A stretch of 64,000 nucleotides of DNA from Nitrospirales bacterium. GTDB taxonomy: Bacteria; Nitrospirota; Nitrospiria; Nitrospirales; UBA8639. A program made the position numbers and the translations under genes. Below, one piece after another: positions 56,119 to 64,000 of this stretch. The stretch is taken from NCBI GenBank assembly GCA_007570995.1, contig RKSG01000145.1, positions 15,181 through 79,180 on the forward strand, in the 5' to 3' direction. Every line of letters begins with the position of its first letter. Position 1 is the stretch's first letter. The notes under the pieces were generated by a model. That model was not told the DNA's origin, did no database searches, and was given only the letters and a program-made list of their open reading frames with translations.

Positions 56119-57336
56119 TCAGAATTCTGCGCCACGCATCCGGGCGATCTGGTCGACGTCTTTGTCGCCGCGCCCAGACAGATTGATAATCATGATGTGG
56201 CTTTTCTGCATCGTGTGCGCGCGTTTGACAGCTTCCGCAATGGCATGTGCACTTTCCAGGGCAGGGATAATCCCTTCTTCGCATGATAACAAATCGAAGG
56301 CTTGCAAAGCCTCTTCATCTGTCGCCGAGGTATAGTGAATACGACCTGAGTCATGGTACATGGCATGTTCGGGGCCAACCGCGGGATAATCAAGCCCGGC
56401 GGATACCGAATGCGTGGCATTGATTTGTCCGTGCTGATCCTGCAACACATAGGTCATCGTGCCCTGCAGCACCCCCGGCGATCCTCCTGAAAAGCGGGCG
56501 GCATGTTGTCCGCTGTCCAGGCCCAGGCCCCCGGCTTCGACTCCCACCATGCGAATCTGCGGATCGTTGATAAAAGGATAGAACAATCCAATACTGTTGC
56601 TTCCGCCTCCCACACAGGCAACCAGACAGTGAGGTAGTTGCCCTTCCGCCTCCAGAATCTGGTGCCGCGCCTCACGTCCAATCACCGATTGAAAATCACG
56701 AATAATCATCGGGTAGGGATGTGCACCCAACACGGAGCCAAGCAGGTAATGCGTGGTGCGTACATTGGTGGTCCAGTCACGCATCGCTTCACTGATGGCG
56801 TCTTTGAGTGTCCGGCTGCCGGCGTTCACCCCGGTGACGGTTGCCCCGAGCAATTGCATCCGAAAGACGTTCAACGCCTGCCGCTTCATGTCGTCCGTGC
56901 CCATGTAAATTTCCGCTTCCAGATCAAACGCGGCCGCCACGGTTGCCACCGCGACTCCATGTTGCCCGGCGCCGGTTTCTGCGATAATCCGACGTTTATT
57001 CATGCGTTGTGCCAGCAAGGCCTGGCCAATGGTATTGTTGATTTTGTGTGCACCGGTATGACACAAGTCCTCCCGCTTCAGGTAGATCTTTGGCCCGCCC
57101 AGGGTTCTGGTGAGTCGTTTGGCAAAGTAGAGAGGCGTGGGACGCCCCACATGTTTCTTCAAACATGCCTGAAATTCTTGTTGAAAACTTCGGTCGTGGC
57201 ACAGCCGGGCGTAGACCTCCTGCAATTCGAGAATGGCCGGCATGAGGGTTTCGGGAACGTATTGCCCTCCATACTGGCCGAAACGACCTCGCGGATCCGG
57301 GACAGGTGTCATAGAAGACGGCTCCTGGCCTGCCAT
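56119..57336 (-). CDS. trpB: tryptophan synthase beta chain
   Basis: [14 protein letters not shown], the PLP-lysine context HTGAHKINN, and GGGSNSIG. The start is uncertain (57312, 57336 or 57381). Confidence 0.95.
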   Translation of the reverse strand: MAGQEPSSMTPVPDPRGRFGQYGGQYVPETLMPAILELQEVYARLCHDRSFQQEFQACLKKHVGRPTPLYFAKRLTRTLGGPKIYLKREDLCHTGAHKINNTIGQALLAQRMNKRRIIAETGAGQHGVAVATVAAAFDLEAEIYMGTDDMKRQALNVFRMQLLGATVTGVNAGSRTLKDAISEAMRDWTTNVRTTHYLLGSVLGAHPYPMIIRDFQSVIGREARHQILEAEGQLPHCLVACVGGGSNSIGLFYPFINDPQIRMVGVEAGGLGLDSGQHAARFSGGSPGVLQGTMTYVLQDQHGQINATHSVSAGLDYPAVGPEHAMYHDSGRIHYTSATDEEALQAFDLLSCEEGIIPALESAHAIAEAVKRAHTMQKSHIMIINLSGRGDKDVDQIARMRGAEF

Positions 57337-57429
57337 GGTTGTGTGAACATCCCCGCGAGGAATGCCTGTCTCTTCACACATTGCCGGGGAACGAAGGAAG
57401 GTATACGGCTGTCCCGGGCACGACGCCCT

Positions 57430-58077
57430 CTACCGGTCGACGGACGACGACTCATCTTGCACCGCTTGGATAAAGGCTTGCACCTTAGCCGGGTCTTTCT
57501 TGCCCGGCATCGCTTCAACACCACTGCTGACATCCACGCCATAGGGCTGCACTTTCTGAATGGCGTCCCGGACGTTCCCGGGCGTGAGACCTCCGGCCAG
57601 TAAACATGGAAAGGACCGCGCCGCTTCGGCGGCCAGGGTCCAGTCTGCGGTGTTTCCTGTCCCGCCGTAAGCGACATCTGAAACAGCATCCAAGACGAAG
57701 CCCCGAACGTGGGCCCTGTCCTGGTATGCCGCCATGGCGACAACGGTCTTGTGGTCACCAAGGCCAAGTCCCCGGATCACCGGACATCCGAGCGATGCAC
57801 AATAGTCGGCCGATTCGTCTCCGTGAAGCTGCGCAAAGGCCAGTCCGCACTCCTGCATGATTGTGCGAACTTTCCATGGTGCTTCGTTGACGAAAACCCC
57901 AATGGGCAATACAAAAGGCGGCAAATCGCCCACGATGGCTTTGACGACGTCCGGGCTCACGTTGCGCGGGCTGCGCGTGTAAAAGACGAAGCCAATCGCA
58001 TCGGCACCGGCACGAACCGACTGAAAGGCATCAATCGGGTTTGTAATCCCGCAGATTTTGATTTTCGGCATCGCCAT
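57430..58077 (-). CDS. trpF: phosphoribosylanthranilate isomerase
   Basis: KICGIT...DA......GADAIGFVF...SPR and the LAGGL.P.NV motifs. Confidence 0.92.
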   Translation of the reverse strand: MAMPKIKICGITNPIDAFQSVRAGADAIGFVFYTRSPRNVSPDVVKAIVGDLPPFVLPIGVFVNEAPWKVRTIMQECGLAFAQLHGDESADYCASLGCPVIRGLGLGDHKTVVAMAAYQDRAHVRGFVLDAVSDVAYGGTGNTADWTLAAEAARSFPCLLAGGLTPGNVRDAIQKVQPYGVDVSSGVEAMPGKKDPAKVQAFIQAVQDESSSVDR

Positions 58078-58093
58078 GATAGAAGACGGGCTG

Positions 58094-58948
58094 TTATCTC
58101 CAGCCTGTGTCCCGGGCAGCCTGCCGAGCTTCGTGTGTCTCCTGTGTCATGCCACGCAAGTCCCGGATTTTTGCGCCGACGTCATCCGCTCGAAGCAACG
58201 ATTCACCAACCAGCATGGCCCTGGCACCAGCTTCTGCAATCCGCAGGACGTCTGCTCGCTCACGGATTCCACTTTCGCTCAGAATGAATTTATCGGAAGG
58301 AATCCGTCGGGCAAGCCTGTCGGTGACCGCCAGATCCGTGGAGAAGGTTTGCAGATCCCGGTTGTTGATGCCAATCAGGATGGCATCGGGAATGCGTTCC
58401 AGGACAACATCAACTTCCCGCTCATGATGCGTTTCAAACAGGATGTCCAGTGCCAGGCCCCTGGCGATTGCATGGAGATCGTCGAGTTGGACCCGATCCA
58501 GCGCGGCCACGATAAGCAGGATCGCATCTGCCCCGTACGCACGCGATTCATACACTTGCACCTCGTCAACGATAAATTCCTTGTTCAACGCCGGCAGTCC
58601 CACATGATCTTTAACGAGGGCGAGGTTGTTCAGGTGTCCCTGAAAAAAATCCTGATCGGTTAGCACAGATACCGCTGCAGTGCCATACTGCTGATAGGTG
58701 CGGGCGATCGCGACCGGATCAAAGCGATCGCGAAACTCCGGACGCATTACCCCCTGGCTGGGTGAGGCCTTTTTGACTTCAGCAATCAGTGTCGGGGAAT
58801 CCGGAGCCCATGCCTCCTGTACGGCGTTGAGAAAGTCCAGAGGCTCCGGCCGGTCGGCGATGGTTCCCTTCAGGCTGGTCAGGTATCCACGGGTTTTTTT
58901 CCGGCGAAGTTCCGCTGTCTTATGTTCCAGGATTCGATCAAGAATCAT
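58094..58948 (-). CDS. trpC: indole-3-glycerol phosphate synthase
   Basis: LIAEVKKASPSQG, SVLTDQ.FFQG, IGINNRDL.TF and SESGI motifs. Confidence 0.93.
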   Translation of the reverse strand: MILDRILEHKTAELRRKKTRGYLTSLKGTIADRPEPLDFLNAVQEAWAPDSPTLIAEVKKASPSQGVMRPEFRDRFDPVAIARTYQQYGTAAVSVLTDQDFFQGHLNNLALVKDHVGLPALNKEFIVDEVQVYESRAYGADAILLIVAALDRVQLDDLHAIARGLALDILFETHHEREVDVVLERIPDAILIGINNRDLQTFSTDLAVTDRLARRIPSDKFILSESGIRERADVLRIAEAGARAMLVGESLLRADDVGAKIRDLRGMTQETHEARQAARDTGWR

Positions 58949-59964
58949 ACGATTGTCCGACGGGAAAACGCGACCAGTTTCTGAAATTTCTCGTAGGCCG
59001 CCCCGCTGTCTAACACACGGGCGGCTTGCTGATACCCTGCATTGAGATCTCGGGTCTGTCCACAGGCCACAAACGCTGGGGCGGCATTCATGAGTACTAC
59101 GTCCCGTTTGGCATTGCGATGACCTTTGAGAATATCCTGAATAAGCACCGCATTCTCTTTGGGCGTTCCACCACGCAGTTCTTCCGGACGCGCCCGGGTC
59201 AATCCAAAATCTTCGGGGGCAACATGATAGCTGGAGACCCGTCCGGCCTTGCTCTCGGAAACATATGTAAAATCGGTCAAGGTGATTTCATCCAATCCGT
59301 CCTTGCCATGCAAGACAAAACAATGTTGGGTGCCCAGGCGCATGCAGACTTGAGCCACAGTTTCCGTTAAGGCGTGATCGGAAACTCCCAGGATCTGGAT
59401 GCCCGCTCCTGCCGGGTTGGATAAAGGCCCCATGAGGTTCATCAGCGTCCGTATGCCCATTTCAGCACGAGGGGTGGCACAACGCTTCATGGCTCCGTGG
59501 TAAAGCGGCGCAAACAGAAATCCGATCCCGATTTCATTGATACAGGCCTCGACCCGTTCCGGCGTGAGGTCAATGTTCACGCCCATGGCATCCAGCACAT
59601 CCGCGCTCCCGGACAGTGAAGAGACGGCCCGATTCCCATGCTTGGCAACGGTGATGCCCCCGCCGGCAATCACAAACGCGGCGGCGGTGGAAATGTTAAA
59701 GGTATGGGAACGATCGCCGCCGGTTCCACAGGTGTCCACGACCTGGGGATCGCCTACATAAATCCGGATGGCCATTTCATTCATGGCTCTGACTGAACCC
59801 GTAATTTCCTCGACCGTCTCTCCCTTCATGCGAAGGGCCATGAGATAGGCGGCGATCTGTGAATCGGAGGCGTCACCCTGCATGATCTCACGCATGACAG
59901 CATGGGCTTCTTTTTCCGTGAGGCTGGTGTTGTCAACCAGTTTTTCGAGTGCGGTTTTGATCAT
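58945..59964 (-). CDS. trpD: anthranilate phosphoribosyltransferase
   Basis: [31 protein letters not shown] and GP..NPA motifs. It shares 4-nt overlaps with trpG and trpC. Confidence 0.93.
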   Translation of the reverse strand: MIKTALEKLVDNTSLTEKEAHAVMREIMQGDASDSQIAAYLMALRMKGETVEEITGSVRAMNEMAIRIYVGDPQVVDTCGTGGDRSHTFNISTAAAFVIAGGGITVAKHGNRAVSSLSGSADVLDAMGVNIDLTPERVEACINEIGIGFLFAPLYHGAMKRCATPRAEMGIRTLMNLMGPLSNPAGAGIQILGVSDHALTETVAQVCMRLGTQHCFVLHGKDGLDEITLTDFTYVSESKAGRVSSYHVAPEDFGLTRARPEELRGGTPKENAVLIQDILKGHRNAKRDVVLMNAAPAFVACGQTRDLNAGYQQAARVLDSGAAYEKFQKLVAFSRRTIV

Positions 59965-60587
59965 GCCGGCCTGTCCGTTGTGCTCTTCCGTGGCTTTGTC
60001 GGCAATGAGGCCCCACGTCCGGAGTCGAACGCGAGAAAATTACGCAGCAGCGCCATGCCGGATTGGGTGAGAATCGATTCCGGGTGGAACTGCACACCTT
60101 CCGCGCCGGTTGGACGATGCCGGAGGCCCATGATTTCACCCTTATCCGTTGTGGCTGAAATTTCGAAATCACGTGGGAGTGTATCTTGCCTGACGATCAG
60201 TGAATGATACCGTGTGGCTTCAAACGGATTGGGCAGACCTTCAAACAACATGCGTCCGTCGTGCCTGACCCACGATATTTTGCCGTGCATCAGACGATCA
60301 GCACGGACAATCTCTCCTCCAAAGGCCGCAGCCAGAGACTGGTGCCCGAGGCAGACCCCCAGAAGCGGAATGCGTCCGGCAAAACGTCGAATCACCTCCA
60401 CGGAGATGCCGGCTTCATTGGGGGTACATGGCCCGGGGGATACCACGATCTGCTCAGGTTGAAGATGTTCAATGGCTTCAACTGTGATGGCGTCGTTGCG
60501 ATAGACTCGAATGTCGGCGCCCAGCTCTCCCAGGTATTGAACCAGGTTGTAGGTAAAGGAATCATAATTGTCGATGACAAGCAGCAT
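59961..60587 (-). CDS. trpG: anthranilate synthase component II (glutamine amidotransferase)
   Basis: [19 protein letters not shown], the catalytic GVCLGHQ, and GVQFHPES. Confidence 0.9.
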   Translation of the reverse strand: MLLVIDNYDSFTYNLVQYLGELGADIRVYRNDAITVEAIEHLQPEQIVVSPGPCTPNEAGISVEVIRRFAGRIPLLGVCLGHQSLAAAFGGEIVRADRLMHGKISWVRHDGRMLFEGLPNPFEATRYHSLIVRQDTLPRDFEISATTDKGEIMGLRHRPTGAEGVQFHPESILTQSGMALLRNFLAFDSGRGASLPTKPRKSTTDRPA

Positions 60588-60678
60588 ACCATGCCCATCA
60601 CGTAAGGTGCGGCCGGGAGAAAGGGGTGTGTGAGCGCCGTGCCTGTACGCTGCATCCCGACCTCCGACCCGTGGCCGG

Positions 60679-62175
60679 TTAGTCTAAGCCCTGTTCCGCC
60701 ATTTCAATGCTCCGCATCATAGCGCGGGCTTTGTTGCAGGTTTCTTCATATTCCCTGGTGGGATCGGAATCCGCGACAATGCCGGCGCCAGTTTGAATGA
60801 ACGCGTCGTGGCGTGTAATGATCACCGTTCGAATGTTGATGCAGGTGTCCATGTTGCCCGAAAAACTGAAATAACCTACCGCGCCGGCATACGGACCCCG
60901 CCGAGTGGGTTCAAGCTCTTCAATGATTTGCATGGCCCGAATTTTCGGTGCGCCCGAAACCGTACCGGCGGGGAAACAGGCCTTCAACGTATCATACGCA
61001 TTGTGCTCCGGGTGTAACGTGCCTGTCACTTGTGACACAATGTGCATGACATGGGAATATCGTTCGATTGTCATGAACGGAGCAAGCGTCACCGTGCCGG
61101 TTCGCGCCACGCGCCCGACGTCATTTCGTCCCAGATCAACCAGCATCACGTGCTCGGCTCGTTCCTTTTCATCGGCTAACAGTTCGTCGGCTAACGCCTG
61201 ATCCTGCGCGACCGTACTCCCACGCTGTCGAGTCCCAGCGATGGGCCGAACCACCACGTGATTCTCTTCGCACCGAACCAGAATTTCCGGTGATGAGCCA
61301 ACCAGTTCAACGCCCGCTATGCGAAGATAGAACATGTATGGTGAAGGATTGACCACCCGTAAGGCGCGATAGATTTCCAGGGGTGGCACGCGAATCCTGG
61401 TCCGCCATCGCTGTGACACCACGGCCTGCACAATATCGCCGGCCTGAATATAGTCCTTCGTCCGCTTCACCATTGCTTCAAAATCGGCCTGCGTCATATT
61501 GGAGGTGAAACGCGGGGCATGCCGACGCGCGGCGGATGCCTGGCGGCGCAGGGGCTTCTTCAGCTTGGCGATCATATGCTCAATGCAGGTTATCGCGCCC
61601 GTGTACGCAGATTTCAGATCCGACTTTGCGGAAGACGTCACGTGGGCATTGGCCACAACTTTGATCGTGTGCATCACATTATCAAAGATCAGGAATGTGT
61701 TTGTGACAAAGAAGGCAAACAGGGGTAACCGGGGGTCATCTTTGGGATACGCAGGGATCGGTTCGAAAAATCGGACGACATCATACCCGAGATACCCCAC
61801 GGCTCCACCTGCGAATCGGGGAAGACCGGAGACCCGCACCGGCCGAAAGGCATTCATGACGGTCCGGAGATGGTCCAAAGGATTATCACTCAACGGACAC
61901 GTTTCCGTTTTGTGACCACTTTTCATATGGAGCTTGCCGCCGCTTTCCCATAACACCTGCTCGGCATTACTTCCCAGAAAGGAATATCGTGCCCAGTGCT
62001 CGCCGCCCTCGATGCTTTCAAACAGGAAAGCCGTTTCACCGGCATTGATTTTGGAAAACGCACTCACTGGCGTTTCCAGGTCTGCCAGGATTTCACGATA
62101 AACCGGCACCAGATTCCCCAACGTGGCCAACTGGCAGAATTCATCAAAACCTATTGAATAACAAGGTTTTTTCAT
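60679..62175 (-). CDS. trpE: anthranilate synthase component I
   Basis: LFESIEGG, the chorismate-binding core ([20 protein letters not shown]), and [10 protein letters not shown]. Confidence 0.95.
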   Translation of the reverse strand: MKKPCYSIGFDEFCQLATLGNLVPVYREILADLETPVSAFSKINAGETAFLFESIEGGEHWARYSFLGSNAEQVLWESGGKLHMKSGHKTETCPLSDNPLDHLRTVMNAFRPVRVSGLPRFAGGAVGYLGYDVVRFFEPIPAYPKDDPRLPLFAFFVTNTFLIFDNVMHTIKVVANAHVTSSAKSDLKSAYTGAITCIEHMIAKLKKPLRRQASAARRHAPRFTSNMTQADFEAMVKRTKDYIQAGDIVQAVVSQRWRTRIRVPPLEIYRALRVVNPSPYMFYLRIAGVELVGSSPEILVRCEENHVVVRPIAGTRQRGSTVAQDQALADELLADEKERAEHVMLVDLGRNDVGRVARTGTVTLAPFMTIERYSHVMHIVSQVTGTLHPEHNAYDTLKACFPAGTVSGAPKIRAMQIIEELEPTRRGPYAGAVGYFSFSGNMDTCINIRTVIITRHDAFIQTGAGIVADSDPTREYEETCNKARAMMRSIEMAEQGLD

Positions 62176-62327
62176 GGCGTGAACGGTATCACGGGCCTTT
62201 CGAGCAAGTCAATCAACCGTCACAGATTGATCGTGCGGATGATGGCAGCTGACGTGCGTGACGCACGGGCATATCAGGTTGCCTGACGTTCTCTCCGTTG
62301 CCACATACTGTCTGGACGGGGAGCATG

Positions 62328-63926
62328 TTACGAGACGCCGGGTTCATGGCGTTGCTGTGTTGCGAGTGTGTCGGCAGACTGTCCGATTTTCACCCAACCG
62401 CCGGTGTGCCATATGAGGAAGAGGACTGGAAGGCCCAGGAGTGCCGTCATCGTGAAAAACCATGTGTATCCGATGTTGTTCACGATGGTTCCGGAATAGC
62501 CGCCGAGTAGTTTGGGAAGCAGGATCATCAATGAGCTCAAGATGGCATATTGCATGGCGGTGAACTGGATATTTGTGAGGCTGGAGAGAAACGCCACGAA
62601 AGCGGCCCCGGCCAGGCCGGCCGACAGGTTATCCACTGAAATAACCAGGTAGAGCATACCGAGATTGTGTCCCATGGAGTTGAGCATAACAAACAGAAGG
62701 TTGGAGGCGGCCGACAGCAAGGCACCCAGAAACAGAATGCGGATAACGCCGTACTGCATCGAAAGGAGTCCTCCCAGAAACCCTCCGGTGATGATCATGA
62801 AGAGTCCGAATGTCTTGACCACCCCGGCAATTTCCGGCTTAGTGAAGCCCATGTCCTGGTAAAACACATTGGCAATCACACCCAGGACGACATCGGAGAT
62901 GCGATACATGCCAACCAGTGCCATGAGCAGGACAGTTGTCCTGATGCCGTAGCGCTTGAAGAAGTCCTGTACCGGGGCAAGATAGGTGTCACGCATCATG
63001 TCACGACTGACAAGCCCCATATGCATGACACATGTGGCGACCAGCCATGCCACGATCCCTCCTGTGCCCAGGCGCACCGTTTCGATCATAAATCCAACCA
63101 AGGGAGTGACGCCACTCGTTCCCGTGATTGTTGAGGTGACCACATCCGTCAGTTCTCCCATGGCGTATACAGTCAGGACAAAGCTGGTGACAGCGAGGGT
63201 AAACATGGCAAGAACCCCTGCGTAGTCTTTGATCGGGCGGGAAGTACGGCCTGTTCCACGGGATCCAGGTTCCGGAATCACAAGCGTGGTGACCACGCCG
63301 ACCAGCATGACCAAGGCCATTGTGCCGTAGGCCCACTGCCAGGCCTGGTACTGATAGGTGTCTTTGGCCGATCCGAAGGCACTGGCCAGCAACAGCACGC
63401 CGGCTCCCGAAACCAGCATCCCAACACGGTAGCCCGCAATGTAGGTGGTTGACATCATGGCTTGCAGCGACGTGTCTGCCGACTCGATACGGTAGGCGTC
63501 AATGACAATGTCCTGCGTCGCGGAGGAAAACCCAAGTAGCACGGCAGCCAGCGCCATCCACGTGAGGCTGGTCGGCCCGCCGGCAGGATCAATGAGGGCC
63601 ATGAACACAATGGCGGCCATGATGGAACATTGCGCGAGCAGCATCCATCCACGTCGCCGGCCGAACGTGTCTGTCAGGACCGGAAGAGGCAGTCTATCGA
63701 CAAGCGGTGCCCACACGAATTTGAAGGAATAGCCCAGCCCGGCCCAACTGAAGAATGTGACGGCTGCCCGTTCGACTCCGGCTTCACGCAGCCACAGAGA
63801 CAATGAGGAGAAAATTAACAGAAAGGGGACCCCGGCCGAGAAGCCGAGGAATAACATGGTGATGACACGCCGATGCCAAAAGGTCCGGAAAGAATGACCC
63901 CAGCGTTGCGGTCTTGGAGTCCGCAC
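62328..63926 (-). CDS. ampG: AmpG-family MFS (muropeptide) transporter
   Basis: More than 12 TM helices. It has the AmpG-like N-terminus LGFSAGVPFLLIFSSLSLWLREAGV...FSWAGLGYSFKFVWAPLVDR. Confidence 0.7.
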   Translation of the reverse strand: MRTPRPQRWGHSFRTFWHRRVITMLFLGFSAGVPFLLIFSSLSLWLREAGVERAAVTFFSWAGLGYSFKFVWAPLVDRLPLPVLTDTFGRRRGWMLLAQCSIMAAIVFMALIDPAGGPTSLTWMALAAVLLGFSSATQDIVIDAYRIESADTSLQAMMSTTYIAGYRVGMLVSGAGVLLLASAFGSAKDTYQYQAWQWAYGTMALVMLVGVVTTLVIPEPGSRGTGRTSRPIKDYAGVLAMFTLAVTSFVLTVYAMGELTDVVTSTITGTSGVTPLVGFMIETVRLGTGGIVAWLVATCVMHMGLVSRDMMRDTYLAPVQDFFKRYGIRTTVLLMALVGMYRISDVVLGVIANVFYQDMGFTKPEIAGVVKTFGLFMIITGGFLGGLLSMQYGVIRILFLGALLSAASNLLFVMLNSMGHNLGMLYLVISVDNLSAGLAGAAFVAFLSSLTNIQFTAMQYAILSSLMILLPKLLGGYSGTIVNNIGYTWFFTMTALLGLPVLFLIWHTGGWVKIGQSADTLATQQRHEPGVS

Positions 63927-64000
63927 GTTTTAAGCCCGTCCGTCACGCGACCTTGTCTCAATGGTTTCTGTCATACGTCCTGCCCGACAGGTGTCCTGCA

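Noticed and set aside
56638-57603. 321-aa plus-strand ORF across trpB/trpF
   Set aside because: It is antisense to two genes with textbook signatures, and its composition is Arg/His/Gly-rich.
62274-62306. 10-codon ORF MWQRRERQAT as a trp leader peptide
   Set aside because: It has only one Trp codon and no downstream terminator/antiterminator alternative structure. This is insufficient for an attenuation model.

Overview
This is a 64-kb chromosomal window from a diderm, LPS-making bacterium. GC is roughly 55-58% by hand counts of sampled lines. It is tightly packed, with about 60 protein genes and 2 tRNAs, and I found no rRNA and no CRISPR array. Gene content and order are reminiscent of Nitrospirota-type genomes, but I cannot verify taxonomy without a database search.

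Gene layout, left to right:
- (1) A minus-strand envelope operon lptF-lptG-fabF-like-ACP-lpxD, divergent from kdsC-manC-manB-DUF3108.
- (2) Central metabolism and housekeeping: fbp, ispD, ispF, cysE, class I aldolase, truA, amiC-like amidase, YacP-like NYN protein, tatD, PAP2 phosphatase, htpX.
- (3) A cupredoxin plus a squalene-synthase-family gene, a ferredoxin-like pair, a DUF2723/TPR membrane protein and a [2Fe-2S] ferredoxin.
- (4) tRNA-Pro, a rhodanese, two unknowns and mazG.
- (5) A small decaying accessory islet: an IS1595-type transposase pseudogene, a catalytic-domain-only N6-adenine methyltransferase at about 48% GC, non-coding debris, DUF1844, and a CsgG-like gene broken at a G9 tract.
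- (6) A nitrogen block: ntrY-ntrX, purN, tRNA-Ala, DUF2061, porin, P-II, amt, glnA.
- (7) clpB, SYLF, yjbQ, an HD protein, a 1144-aa AsmA-like protein, mtnA, a nitroreductase and an NFACT/RqcH-like protein.
- (8) A complete trpEGDCFBA operon and an ampG-like MFS gene.

I do not see a clear-cut novel multi-gene system such as a defence island. The most interesting signals are:
- the dedicated KAS II plus long-tailed ACP wired into lpxD;
- the poly-G-interrupted secreted CsgG-like gene;
- a promoter/alternative-hairpin/terminator RNA unit in front of the porin-glnB-amt-glnA block;
- the orphan methylase islet;
- the highly structured 658-bp glnA-clpB spacer.

All functional calls rest on motif recognition by eye, and no searches were run.
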